A stretch of 64,000 bases of DNA from Candidatus Magasanikiibacteriota bacterium (GTDB taxonomy: Bacteria > Patescibacteriota > Patescibacteriia > Magasanikbacterales > UBA922), in contig DOMK01000018.1 in the NCBI GenBank assembly GCA_003510435.1, positions 14,121 to 78,120 of the forward strand, written 5' to 3'. The translations under genes and the position numbers were made by a program. A model generated the notes under the pieces. The model saw only the letters and a program-made list of their open reading frames with translations. It was not told the origin of the DNA and did no database searches. Within the stretch, counting starts at the first letter, position 1. Each line of letters opens with the position of its first letter. This document shows positions 39,480-49,406 of this stretch, one piece after another.

Positions 39480-40948
39480 TTATTCCCGCAATTGATATTC
39501 TAAATGGTAAATGTGTCCGTTTGACCCAGGGTAATTTTAGTTTGGCTAAAAAATATTCTAATAATCCCGTACAAATGGCTAAAAGGTTTACCCAAGCTGG
39601 TGCCACTCGTATACACATTGTAGACCTAGACGGCGCTAAATCTGGTAAACCAATAAACTTTACTCTTATTAAAAAAACTAGACAATCAACTCCGGCTATT
39701 CTTGAAATTGGTGGCGGAATAAGAAATTTAAAAACTGCCAAAACTTACTTAGATCTTGGTATTGATAAAATTATTATTGGCACCAGTGTAATTAAAAATT
39801 TAAAATTAATAAAAAATCTTATTGATAAATACGGCAGTCAAAGAATAATTATCGGCTTGGACTTAAATAAAGATAAAATTGTCATTAACGGCTGGAAAAA
39901 AACTAGTCAACAAAATTATTTATCACTGGCAAAAAAACTAAAGAAAATTGGCACTAGAGAAATAATTTGCACTGATATTTCCCGTGACGGAATGCTTTCC
40001 AATCCAAATTTAGAACCAATTAAAAAATTACAGGCTCTAGGCTTCTGGGTAATAATCTCTGGTGGTATAGCTAATATAAATACAATAAAAAAACTACAAA
40101 CCCAAAAATTCTATGGTGCAATTTTAGGTAAAGCCTTGTATGAAAATAAAATCAACTTTAAACAAGCAATTAAATTAACCAAAACAACCAATAATTTAAC
40201 CAAACGAATTATTCCTTGTTTAGATGTTAAAAATAATCAAGTGGTAAAAGGTATAAAATTCAAAAAACTTACTTTTGCTGGTGATCCAGCTGAACTTGGC
40301 AAAAAATATGCCGAGGCTGGCGCGGATGAATTGGTTTTTTTAGACATCACGGCCACCTTAGAAAAAAGAAAAACCCTATGCTCTATGGTACAAAAAATCG
40401 CTAACAATATTTTTATTCCTTTTACCGTGGGTGGTGGAATTAAATCAGTCAAAGATATTAGCGCAGTATTAAAAGCCGGAGCTGACAAAATTGCTATAAA
40501 TACGGCTGGAGTTTTAAATCCCAAATTGATTAAACAAGCGAGTAAAAAATTTGGTTCACAATGCATTGTCGTAGCGATTGATACTAAAAAAGTTAATAAT
40601 GATTATTTTGTCTATATTAATAGTGGTAAAACAAAAACCAAACTAAAAGTTCTGGATTGGGTAAGGCAAGTAGAAAAACTGGGGGCAGGAGAAATATTAT
40701 TAACTGCCATTGACCGCGATGGTACCAAATCTGGCTTTGATAACAATCTACTCCGACAAATTTGCTCAACTGTTAATATTCCAATAATTGCTTCTGGTGG
40801 CGCTGGTAAATTGGCTGACTTTAAAAATGCCATAATAAAAGGTGGAGCTGACGCTGTCTTAGCTGCCAGTATTTTTCACTACAATAAAAAAACCATAAAT
40901 ACTCTAAAAAAATATTTAAAGAAAAATAATATTAATGTCAGAATATGA
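39473..40948 (+). CDS. hisAF: HisA-HisF fusion protein
   Basis: N-half 'IPAIDI..GKCVRL.QG...HIVDLDGA'; C-half 'KRIIPCLDV...[12 protein letters not shown]...DRDGTKSG'; single 491-aa ORF. Confidence 0.93.
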   Translation: MLVIPAIDILNGKCVRLTQGNFSLAKKYSNNPVQMAKRFTQAGATRIHIVDLDGAKSGKPINFTLIKKTRQSTPAILEIGGGIRNLKTAKTYLDLGIDKIIIGTSVIKNLKLIKNLIDKYGSQRIIIGLDLNKDKIVINGWKKTSQQNYLSLAKKLKKIGTREIICTDISRDGMLSNPNLEPIKKLQALGFWVIISGGIANINTIKKLQTQKFYGAILGKALYENKINFKQAIKLTKTTNNLTKRIIPCLDVKNNQVVKGIKFKKLTFAGDPAELGKKYAEAGADELVFLDITATLEKRKTLCSMVQKIANNIFIPFTVGGGIKSVKDISAVLKAGADKIAINTAGVLNPKLIKQASKKFGSQCIVVAIDTKKVNNDYFVYINSGKTKTKLKVLDWVRQVEKLGAGEILLTAIDRDGTKSGFDNNLLRQICSTVNIPIIASGGAGKLADFKNAIIKGGADAVLAASIFHYNKKTINTLKKYLKKNNINVRI

Positions 40949-41550
40949 AACTAATTCCTACAATTATCCAAGATGAAAGTACTGACGTGGTGCTGATGTT
41001 AGGTTATATGAATGATGAGTCACTCAAAAAAACTAAAAAGACAAAAAAAGTCTGGTTTTATAGTCGCTCAAAAAAACGTCTCTGGCTTAAAGGTGAAACC
41101 AGTAAAAATTATTTATTTGTAAAAAGCATAGACTTTGATTGTGACAAAGATACCATTCTTATTAAAGTAAAACCCGCTGGACCAACCTGCCACACTGGTA
41201 ATTATTCTTGTTTTAAAAAAAAGCCTGAGATAAATCCCTTGGTTGAATTGTTTTCCACAATAGAAGATAGAAAAAAGAATCTACCTAAAAATTCTTACAC
41301 CACCAGTTTATTTAAAGGTGGTATAAATAAAATTATTGGTAAAGTAATGGAAGAAACTACTGAGGTAATTAATGCCTCTATCCGAGAAACAAAAAAACGT
41401 TTAATAGAAGAAACGGTCGATTTACTTTACCACCTTTTTGTTTTATTAAGTAAAAAAAATATTAAATTGGAAGATGTTTTTAAGGAGATTGAAAAACGCA
41501 GAAACAAAAAATCCCGGGCTTCATCTGCGACTACGCCCGGCAAGCCCTAA
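40945..41550 (+). CDS. hisIE: bifunctional PR-AMP cyclohydrolase / PR-ATP pyrophosphatase
   Basis: [33 protein letters not shown]. The last residues are encoded by a repeat element. Confidence 0.95.
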   Translation: MKLIPTIIQDESTDVVLMLGYMNDESLKKTKKTKKVWFYSRSKKRLWLKGETSKNYLFVKSIDFDCDKDTILIKVKPAGPTCHTGNYSCFKKKPEINPLVELFSTIEDRKKNLPKNSYTTSLFKGGINKIIGKVMEETTEVINASIRETKKRLIEETVDLLYHLFVLLSKKNIKLEDVFKEIEKRRNKKSRASSATTPGKP

Positions 41551-41604
41551 CATCTTTTCTAAAAAAAGACTGACCTGCCCAGCGTAGCTTTAGCGAAGCC
41601 TGGG
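41513..41604. repeat. ~92-bp compound hairpin element, copy 1
   Basis: Shares GACTACGCCCGGCAAGC and TGCCCAGCGTAGCTTTAGCGA, at the same 47-bp offset, with 53932-54024. Confidence 0.85.
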
Positions 41605-41705
41605 TTTCTTGCCTTGTGTTTGCGCGCAAGCTTGGGTGCTGGAGTTGGTCCGCGGCTCCAGCACCGCGGGTGACATTCCTATGCCACCATACCCCCTTCT
41701 TGTTG

Positions 41706-42329
41706 TTAGATTGCCAGACACTCTGCGACGATATAGCGATTCATCACCGCCATACCATCGACCATCTCACCCTCCTCAATTCTGTGTGTCTCTACAATCT
41801 TAAAACTACCCCAAAGAACATAATCACGCAAAGAATTCTCTGAAAAGTAGAAATCTTCACGCTTACCCCCGTTACCATTCCCATTTAAGATTTTCACGGG
41901 AAATGGCTCATCACCTTCGGCCACTCTAACAGCCAAAAGCAATGGAGCTCCAAGACACATAACTCTACGCAATTCTCGTACAGATGCCATAATCTCTTGT
42001 ACACTATGCATGTTATGCAATACTCTCCAAGAGAGTACTGCACTAAAATAATCATCTGGAAAAGGAAGCTGAGAAAATCTTTGTACCTCAACAAAATTTT
42101 CCAAACCAATAGTAGCTTGACGAGCCCATGGTCCGTCTACTGCGACAACTTCTCTACCGAGAGATCGCAGAACTGATAGATTTCGCCCTCTCCATGCTCC
42201 CCAGTCCAGAACTGGGTTGCGTTCTGAACTCGTAAGGTGGTGGAGCAGGAATTCTTGACCGGAACCAGCCACGAACCCACTAGGTTCATAGCCGATTTCA
42301 TACTTACTCCCTCCGTGCCACTTATCCAT
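41706..42329 (-). CDS. class I SAM-dependent methyltransferase
   Basis: 'VLDWGAWRGRN', 'LPFPDDYFSAVLSWRVLH'; GGGAGG SD. Confidence 0.75.
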   Translation of the reverse strand: MDKWHGGSKYEIGYEPSGFVAGSGQEFLLHHLTSSERNPVLDWGAWRGRNLSVLRSLGREVVAVDGPWARQATIGLENFVEVQRFSQLPFPDDYFSAVLSWRVLHNMHSVQEIMASVRELRRVMCLGAPLLLAVRVAEGDEPFPVKILNGNGNGGKREDFYFSENSLRDYVLWGSFKIVETHRIEEGEMVDGMAVMNRYIVAECLAI

Positions 42330-42414
42330 CTTTTTCCTCCCTTTGTTGGGTTGTAGACTCTACCACAATATCGACTTTACAAATCAATATTATGGTAAAG
42401 TCTATTACATAATT

Positions 42415-44199
42415 CTAACTATATTTTTTTCGCAAAATTTTTCCTGCGCCTACTTCATTTTTTAATTTTAAGTAAGCTTCATCCAACGGCACATTAGCTT
42501 GCGAACCAGGAGCAAAACCACAATCCGGATTTAAAATAATTCTGTTCGGTGCCACATACTGCAAAGCTTTTTCTACTCGTGTCACAATTTCTTCTGGTGT
42601 ATCAATGTGTTCAAATCTGCACTCCACACAACCAAGACCTACTTTAAATTTTTCTGGTAAATTTTTTAAGGCGCTAAAATCACCGGCAACTGGGATGCTA
42701 TATTCCAACACAAATTGATCTACATCAATGGCGCTAATGGCAGAAATAATAGCCTCATAGCCACCTTTACCAATCCAACCTTGTCTACCTTTATTGCGCC
42801 GACATAAATGTAATGCTGTTTCTATTCCGTCAATTCCTTTCACAACTTCATTAACTACTTGACAGGCATAATTTAACTCTTTTTTCGGGTCAGAAAATTG
42901 AGTTCGTAATTCTTTATCAACAAATAGACAAATATGAGGATCATCAATTTGCACAATATTAGCACCAGCCTCCCGTAATAAAATAATTTCATTGCGAAGT
43001 ATAGGAATAAGGGCTTCCACAAAAGCCTCACGAGTTGGATAGGCTTTTATAGATTTTTTTTCATCCCACAATCGTTGACCAAGAAGATAAGGCGACGGCA
43101 GGCACACTTTAATTTTTTTAATAGTATGTAATTTCAAAAATTTTGCTTCACGTGCAAAAAACCCAGGTTTATCATAAACCAATTTTTCTTCCACCGTATG
43201 CCATGAACGGCCATCACTTGAATTAAAATAATGTTTAAAACCAGAAGCTATATTGGCTATTACTCCCACATAAGATTTGCGTCGCCATTCTCCATCAGAA
43301 ATTACATCCAAACCAGCCTGCTCTTGCAGTGCTATGGCATAAGCCACTGCCTTATCCAAAATAGGAGAAAAAGGATCACCCTCATTTAGAATAACATCTT
43401 GAACAAATTGTGGTCGCGGCAAACTACCTACAACACTTGCTGGAAATAGCTGTGAGGCAGGTTTCCAAAATTTTTGAGCATAAGCATAATCTTCCAGAGT
43501 ATCAATTTCAATATAGTCACCATGAGTAGTAACAAAATTAATTTTTACACCTTGCTGAACCAAATAATTTAAATAATGTAAAAGATAAGCACGATTTAGC
43601 GGAATGTTTTTTTCAAACTGAAAATTTTTTGGAAGGTTACAAAAATATTCTTTAAATATTTTAGCACCGGCTCGAGAAAATTTAGCCAAGCCAATAAATT
43701 CTCCTGTTGCCAAATCATCTGGAATTGTGCGGCTAAGAGTAGTAATTAGTTCGCCATCCGCTGTTACTTTTTCTGCATCAATGGAGGGGTGAAGACTACG
43801 ATGTACATACCGAGCACGCCAATCAGTATCTACTGCTATGGTAATATCCGCCGGGCTAGCCAATAGTTTTTTAACAATCTCTGGTTTATACAGAATATCC
43901 GAATATGAGCAGATAAAACCATCGCCCATATCATTTATCGCGTAAAAGAGCGATTTTAAAATATTATTATTTTCCCAATTAGTATTATGTCGAAAAGTAA
44001 AATAAGGATATTGTTTTCTTACAACGTCAATTAAATAACCCCCAATAAAAACAATATCCCGTAGTTCTTTTGCTTGATGCGCTTCCAAAATCCAATCTAA
44101 TATCCTTTTATTGTGAACACGAGTAAAAGTTTTTGGTTCAGTATTAGTTAGATGCTCCAACCGCTTACCACGGCCAGCACCTATAATAATTGTTTTCAT
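42415..44199 (-). CDS. nucleotidyltransferase (LicC/NTP_transf-like) fused to cobalamin-independent methionine synthase core (MetE C-terminal-like)
   Basis: N-terminal GAGRGKRL...PK, YSDI, GEFIGLAKFS, EIDTLED; C-terminal VGSLPRP, SDGEWRR, QIDDP, Zn ligands HLC...E...PDCG. Confidence 0.9.
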   Translation of the reverse strand: MKTIIIGAGRGKRLEHLTNTEPKTFTRVHNKRILDWILEAHQAKELRDIVFIGGYLIDVVRKQYPYFTFRHNTNWENNNILKSLFYAINDMGDGFICSYSDILYKPEIVKKLLASPADITIAVDTDWRARYVHRSLHPSIDAEKVTADGELITTLSRTIPDDLATGEFIGLAKFSRAGAKIFKEYFCNLPKNFQFEKNIPLNRAYLLHYLNYLVQQGVKINFVTTHGDYIEIDTLEDYAYAQKFWKPASQLFPASVVGSLPRPQFVQDVILNEGDPFSPILDKAVAYAIALQEQAGLDVISDGEWRRKSYVGVIANIASGFKHYFNSSDGRSWHTVEEKLVYDKPGFFAREAKFLKLHTIKKIKVCLPSPYLLGQRLWDEKKSIKAYPTREAFVEALIPILRNEIILLREAGANIVQIDDPHICLFVDKELRTQFSDPKKELNYACQVVNEVVKGIDGIETALHLCRRNKGRQGWIGKGGYEAIISAISAIDVDQFVLEYSIPVAGDFSALKNLPEKFKVGLGCVECRFEHIDTPEEIVTRVEKALQYVAPNRIILNPDCGFAPGSQANVPLDEAYLKLKNEVGAGKILRKKYS

Positions 44200-44217
44200 A
44201 GTATAATATTAATAAAT

Positions 44218-44246
44218 AAAAAACCTTCGCTCTGTTAAGCGAAGGT
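44218..44246 (-). terminator. attenuator terminator of Met leader
   Basis: ACCTTCGCT-TAACAG-AGCGAAGGT-TTTTT on the minus strand, about 20 nt before the gene start. Confidence 0.85.
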
Positions 44247-44266
44247 GGATAAAATTAAGAATAAAC

Positions 44267-44335
44267 TTAATCAGGCCTTCGCTTAAAAGACATCATCATC
44301 GCCATCATCATATTTAGTTTGCAATAAAATTCCAT
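44267..44335 (-). CDS. Met-rich leader peptide MEFYCKLNMMMAMMMSFKRRPD
   Basis: ATG ATG ATG GCG ATG ATG ATG cluster; the 3' part contains antiterminator TTAAGCGAAGG, complementary to the terminator 5' arm. Confidence 0.85.
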   Translation of the reverse strand: MEFYCKLNMMMAMMMSFKRRPD

Positions 44336-44363
44336 AAAAAAACTTCTAACCATAGGTAGAAGT
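44336..44363 (-). terminator. SAM riboswitch expression-platform terminator
   Basis: ACTTCTA-N8-TAGAAGT-TTTTTT on the minus strand. Confidence 0.75.
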
Positions 44364-44372
44364 AGTATATAA

Positions 44373-44467
44373 AACATCTTCCCCTTATGGGTTGGAATTA
44401 CCACCTTGTCTTAAAGATAGGTTGGTAGAGAGTCATTGGGCCAATTCCCTCGTCTCTTCTTGATATA
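44373..44467 (-). ncRNA. SAM-I (S-box) riboswitch
   Basis: ATATCAAGAAGAGACGAGGGAATTGGCCCAATGACTCTCTACCAACC...AGGTGGTAATTCC...AAGATGT: P1 ATC/GAT, kink-turn GAGGGA..GCCC.ATGA, CAACC/GGTG, pseudoknot AATT. Confidence 0.92.
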
Positions 44468-44485
44468 AATTAATTGTCTGTATTT

Positions 44486-44531
44486 AGATTATCACCACAT
44501 CATTAAATCGTCAAACAACGACTGTGGATAA
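44486..44531 (-). promoter_or_regulatory. promoter of SAM/Met module with upstream DnaA-box-like 9-mer
   Basis: TTGACG-N17-TAATCT with extended TG; TTATCCACA 8 bp upstream of the -35. Confidence 0.6.
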
Positions 44532-44535
44532 CTAA

Positions 44536-44958
44536 CTACTTTATTTTTAACATCTCAATCACCTGCCAATGATCAAACGCCATATCATCTGATTTAAGTT
44601 CATCTATATTTTTTATTATTAATTCTTTAGCATCACTATCTGCTTTACAATCTTTGAGCATCTCTTCTGAAGGCAAATTTATTTTATAAACAATAGAAAT
44701 TCTTCTTCCTGGTCTTGGATCACGATTCAACCCATCTAAAATAATTAAAAAAACTAAATCTTTAGGATCGATAATTAATCCAGTTTCTTCTTGCAGTTCC
44801 CGAGCACAAGCATGTCTGATATCAATATCATCTAGATCAACATGTCCACCAGGAAAAGCAAATTTCTCCATGAACGGTTCTTTGGCACGCTTAATTAATA
44901 ATATTTTTTCATTATTGATTGTCACTACCGGATCTACTGTAAGTAATATTTCATTCAT
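44536..44958 (-). CDS. NUDIX hydrolase
   Basis: FPGGHV...ACARELQEETGL; RDPR; AFDH. Confidence 0.92.
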   Translation of the reverse strand: MNEILLTVDPVVTINNEKILLIKRAKEPFMEKFAFPGGHVDLDDIDIRHACARELQEETGLIIDPKDLVFLIILDGLNRDPRPGRRISIVYKINLPSEEMLKDCKADSDAKELIIKNIDELKSDDMAFDHWQVIEMLKIK

Positions 44959-45032
44959 ATAAATTTATAAAAAATCAATCAAAATTATTTACTATCAGTG
45001 AAATCATTTTGTAAATCTGTATAATCAGTGTT

Positions 45033-47870
45033 TTACTTTAAAAATTTCTTAAGATAAAATCCAGTCAAACTTTTCTTCACTTTAACAATATCTTTTGGCG
45101 TACCCTGAGCCACTACTTCTCCACCCTTCTTACCACCCTCTGGTCCCAAGTCAATTATCCAATCAGCACATTTAATCACATCAAGATTGTGTTCAATGAT
45201 AAGTACAGAATTACCTTTTTCAACCAATTGATTCAAAACATGTAATAATTTTTTTATATCTTCAAAATGCAAACCAGTCGTTGGTTCGTCCAATATATAC
45301 AATGTTTTACCAGTAGCCCGACGCGCCAATTCGGTGGCCAATTTCACTCGCTGTGCCTCACCACCAGACAAGGTCGTGGCTGGTTGACCTAGGTGAACAT
45401 AACTCAAACCCACATCGCGCAAAATTTGTAGTTTATCCGCAATGGCTGGCGTATCCCGGAAAAATCTATATGATTCTTCTACCGTCATATCTAGTACATC
45501 AGCAATATCTTTTTGACGATAATGAATTTCCAAAGCTTCTTGATTATATCTTTTACCTTTACATTCTGGACACTCTACAAATACATCTGATAAAAATTGC
45601 ATGGGAATCCGAACATAACCTTCACCCGCACAAGCTTCGCATCTGCCCCCACCTTTAACATTAAAACTAAATTTACCCGCATCATAACCGCGCATCTTGG
45701 CTTCTGGTACAGCCGTAAACAAATCTCTAATCGCACTAAACACGCCGGTATAAGTCGCTGGATTGGAACGTGGCGTTCGGCCAATTGGTGTTTGGTCAAT
45801 TACAATGACTTTATCAATATTACTTAGGCCTTTTATTTTTTTGTGCTCAGCTGGTTCTGCTTTGGCGCGGTAAAAATGTTGATTCAAAGCTTTGCCTAAA
45901 ATCTCAGTAATCAAAGTTGATTTGCCCGAGCCAGATACGCCAGTCACACAGAGCAATTGACCTAAAGGAATTTTGACATCAATATTTTTCAAATTAAAAG
46001 CTTTAGCCCCAATAATTTCTATACTCTTACCATTACCTTTATGTAATTTTTTTGGTATGTCAATTTTTTCTTTGCCAGTCAAATATCTACCCGTCAAAGA
46101 TTTTGGGCTCTTTTTTATTTGCGCCGCTGTCCCAGTAGCCATTATTTCTCCACCATATTCACCCGCTCCTGGACCGACATCCACCACAAAATCAGCCGCT
46201 TCCATCATGGCACTATCATGTTCTACCACAATCACAGTATTTCCCTGGTCGCGTAAAGTTTTTAGAGTGGTAATTAATTTATCATTATCTCTGGGGTGCA
46301 AACCAATTGAGGGTTCATCCAAAATATAAATTACCCCAGTCAAACCAGTTGAAAGTTGAGTGGATAGACGAACCCGTTGACCTTCACCACCAGACAGAGT
46401 CGCGACTGATCTGTCTAGAGTTAAATAATACAGCCCAACTCTTAATAAATCTTCCAATCGTTTACTAATTTCCTTGGCAATTGGCAAAGCAATCAACAAA
46501 TCAGTCTTAGAAAATAGACTTTGCATTTTACCTTTAACATTTTGCAATTCTTTAAAAAATTCATTAGCTTCTTCTACACTCATCTCTACCATGTCAGCAA
46601 TAGAATGGTCACCTACTTTTACAAACAAAGATTCATTTTTTAATCTTTTTCCATTACAAGACGGACAAATTTTTTCTTTCATATACTGTTCAATTTCTTT
46701 TCTAATATAATCAGAATCTGTCTCGGCATGACGTTGGGTAAGATTTGGAACTATACCTTCAAAATGAAATTTTTTATTATCAACACTATAGACTGTACCA
46801 TCAGTTCCAAAAAACAAAATATCCATCACCTCTTTTGGCAAATCTTTGACTGGAGTATCAATGGAAAAACCTTGAGTCTTGGCCACTTCTACTAATAATT
46901 TTTGATAAAAAGTTTGATTACCTACAATTCTTGTCCAGGGCTGAATTGCCCCTTCGGCCAAAGTAAGGCGAGGATTAGGAATAACTAATTCTGGATCAAC
47001 ATCTAGAGTTCGACCCAAACCAGTACAACGTGGACAAGCGCCATAGGGACTATTAAAACTAAAACTCCGTGGCTCGACTGGATTAAATTGACGATTACAC
47101 CCCCGACAAACTGGCTGAGTAGAATAATAATATTCATCGCCACTGTCTTCATCCAAAACTACAATCTCACCATTTGATAAATCAATGGCCTTATCAACCA
47201 ATACCACGACATCTTGCTTTTTTATGTCAGTTATTTTTCCAATTAATAATTCTACGGTATAATTTTTTTCTGCATCAAATTTATATTTGGCCAATTCCAA
47301 CATTTTCATGATTATGCCATTTAGACGTACACTCTCATAACCAGTTTGTTCTAAGTGAGATAATAAATCTTTGGCTTTGATGGTTTTACCTTTTACTATT
47401 GGAGCCAAAATAATTAATTCTGAACTCTTGCGTGCCAAACTTCTCACGGCTTCAGAAATTTCTCCAATAGAAAAACTTTTTACTGGCAAATTGCAATCAG
47501 GACAATATTGTACACCCATGCGAGAAAATAAAAGACGCAAGTGGTCATAAATCTCGGTCACGGTTCCCACAGTTGAACGTGGATTTTGGGAAACACTTTT
47601 TTGATCAATCGCAATCGTTGGTGACAAACCCTTTATTTCATCCACATTTGGTCTATCTTGTACGTCCATAAATTGCCGAGCATAAGATGACAAACTCTCA
47701 GCATAACGTCTTTGCCCTTCAGCGTAGATAGTGTCAAAGGCTAAAGAAGACTTTCCTGATCCGGAAAGTCCTGTAATCACTGTTAATTTGTTTTTTGGTA
47801 TTTCTAGTGAAACGCCCTTCAAATTATGAACCTTGGCGTTCTTGATAATTATTTTATTTTGTTCACTCAT
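45033..47870 (-). CDS. uvrA: excinuclease ABC subunit A
   Basis: [14 protein letters not shown], two LSGGE signatures, Zn fingers. Confidence 0.99.
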   Translation of the reverse strand: MSEQNKIIIKNAKVHNLKGVSLEIPKNKLTVITGLSGSGKSSLAFDTIYAEGQRRYAESLSSYARQFMDVQDRPNVDEIKGLSPTIAIDQKSVSQNPRSTVGTVTEIYDHLRLLFSRMGVQYCPDCNLPVKSFSIGEISEAVRSLARKSSELIILAPIVKGKTIKAKDLLSHLEQTGYESVRLNGIIMKMLELAKYKFDAEKNYTVELLIGKITDIKKQDVVVLVDKAIDLSNGEIVVLDEDSGDEYYYSTQPVCRGCNRQFNPVEPRSFSFNSPYGACPRCTGLGRTLDVDPELVIPNPRLTLAEGAIQPWTRIVGNQTFYQKLLVEVAKTQGFSIDTPVKDLPKEVMDILFFGTDGTVYSVDNKKFHFEGIVPNLTQRHAETDSDYIRKEIEQYMKEKICPSCNGKRLKNESLFVKVGDHSIADMVEMSVEEANEFFKELQNVKGKMQSLFSKTDLLIALPIAKEISKRLEDLLRVGLYYLTLDRSVATLSGGEGQRVRLSTQLSTGLTGVIYILDEPSIGLHPRDNDKLITTLKTLRDQGNTVIVVEHDSAMMEAADFVVDVGPGAGEYGGEIMATGTAAQIKKSPKSLTGRYLTGKEKIDIPKKLHKGNGKSIEIIGAKAFNLKNIDVKIPLGQLLCVTGVSGSGKSTLITEILGKALNQHFYRAKAEPAEHKKIKGLSNIDKVIVIDQTPIGRTPRSNPATYTGVFSAIRDLFTAVPEAKMRGYDAGKFSFNVKGGGRCEACAGEGYVRIPMQFLSDVFVECPECKGKRYNQEALEIHYRQKDIADVLDMTVEESYRFFRDTPAIADKLQILRDVGLSYVHLGQPATTLSGGEAQRVKLATELARRATGKTLYILDEPTTGLHFEDIKKLLHVLNQLVEKGNSVLIIEHNLDVIKCADWIIDLGPEGGKKGGEVVAQGTPKDIVKVKKSLTGFYLKKFLK

Positions 47871-47964
47871 AATAAAATTACTTGCCCCGTACCCCCATTT
47901 GTTGGGATAAAATAAATATATTTTAAAGTTAAAATATAATATTAAAAATAATTAATAACTGATT

Positions 47965-49401
47965 TTAATTATAAAATTTAATTTCACCAACATAAATATC
48001 AAGTTGCTGACTTTCCCCATCCAAAATACTAGGTGACAATAAAAATTCTTTTGGTTTTCCACCTCCGCCACCGTCATAAGAATCTTTTACAAAACTATTA
48101 AAAAATCCCGTAGAAACACTACTATTACCCAAATCAAACGATCTTGTTTTATTTCCCGAATCTACACCAATAAAATGGGCTTCATCCACAGGCCAATAAG
48201 TTTCATCAAGGTCCACATTTAAAACAAAACCTGCAACATTTTCCTTGTTACCACAGTCATTAGCTCCTTCTTCCAAATCTTTTGTCGATGCACTAGTAAT
48301 ATAACTCATATTTGTCCCATCAAAAAAAATACTATCTACAAAATTTGGTATTGGAAAATAACGACCAGAGTCACATACAACATACAAATCAAAATCATTA
48401 ACTAAAGTAGGAGAATCAAAATCCCAACTCCAATCAAAAGCTGCTAAAAGTGGTTTAACTACATGTCCCCAAATTATGGCTTTCTTACAACCATATTTTG
48501 GCTTATCAGAAGAAAAATCTTTCAAACAAGTATAAGTCGAGGTTTTATTAGTATTTTCATTTTCTGTACAATAATCTCCGCGACACACGTCAGCCCCACC
48601 TGAAACATATACTAACTGATTACCACAACTAAAATTAGTTTTTAAGGCTACTTTATCTTTTGTGTCATATATAATTGTATATGATTCTGCTTTTTTTGCT
48701 CCACCCGAAGGATCTTTTAATTTTTCCTTTATTGAATCTTCGGTCAAGACTGTATCTTTATTTCCCACAATCAAAAATTTTTCATTGTCTCGTCCACTCA
48801 AATCTTTACAAAATTCTTGTGGGGCCAAGCGTTTATTAATCAACCAAATCTGGGGCATACGAAGATTAACCAAATTAGGATTTAAAACATTTAAAAGGCT
48901 GTAGGACAACAAAGCAATGATCAAACCAATTATCGAGCCAGAAATTAATTTCTGTGCTTCTTTAATTTTTTCTGCACTACCACCCGATGTCACCCATACC
49001 AGACCAGATCGAATAATCATAAAAACTGCTAAAAGACCAACTACTACTACGCCATATCGATAAATATACTGAATAAAATCACCAAGATGAGCAAAATTAT
49101 TTTTACCACCAAATTTAATTGAGGTATTAGTTTGCCCAACTGGTAAACAAAAACCCATTGTTTTATCTTTACCTGTATTTATTTCTTTTCCACACACTTC
49201 AGCCGCGTCAGCTCCAGAATAAAAACCATTTTCAGCTTCCTTTTGTGGTAAATTTAATTCTTGCCGACGAAATTCCCAACAATCCTTTTCTGTCCAACAG
49301 CGAGCATCTACGGCCTGAACTGATTTAAGAGGTAAAAAAGCCAAAAAACCAATTATTATAATAAAAAAAGACAAGACTTTTTTTTGTTTAATAAAATACA
49401 T
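47965..49401 (-). CDS. membrane protein with pilin-like (TrbC/VirB2-type) hairpin and Cys-rich domains
   Basis: Signal peptide; 'YIYRYG...MIIRSGLVWVTSGG..EKIKEAQKLI...IGLIIAL.SY.LL..LNP.L'; many Cys. Confidence 0.7.
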   Translation of the reverse strand: MYFIKQKKVLSFFIIIIGFLAFLPLKSVQAVDARCWTEKDCWEFRRQELNLPQKEAENGFYSGADAAEVCGKEINTGKDKTMGFCLPVGQTNTSIKFGGKNNFAHLGDFIQYIYRYGVVVVGLLAVFMIIRSGLVWVTSGGSAEKIKEAQKLISGSIIGLIIALLSYSLLNVLNPNLVNLRMPQIWLINKRLAPQEFCKDLSGRDNEKFLIVGNKDTVLTEDSIKEKLKDPSGGAKKAESYTIIYDTKDKVALKTNFSCGNQLVYVSGGADVCRGDYCTENENTNKTSTYTCLKDFSSDKPKYGCKKAIIWGHVVKPLLAAFDWSWDFDSPTLVNDFDLYVVCDSGRYFPIPNFVDSIFFDGTNMSYITSASTKDLEEGANDCGNKENVAGFVLNVDLDETYWPVDEAHFIGVDSGNKTRSFDLGNSSVSTGFFNSFVKDSYDGGGGGKPKEFLLSPSILDGESQQLDIYVGEIKFYN

Positions 49402-49406
49402 AATTT

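Noticed and set aside
44250-44340. CATCATCAT run read as a microsatellite, or as a His-rich peptide on the plus strand
   Set aside because: Orientation, in-frame start/stop, the antiterminator and the downstream methionine synthase all fit the minus-strand Met leader better.
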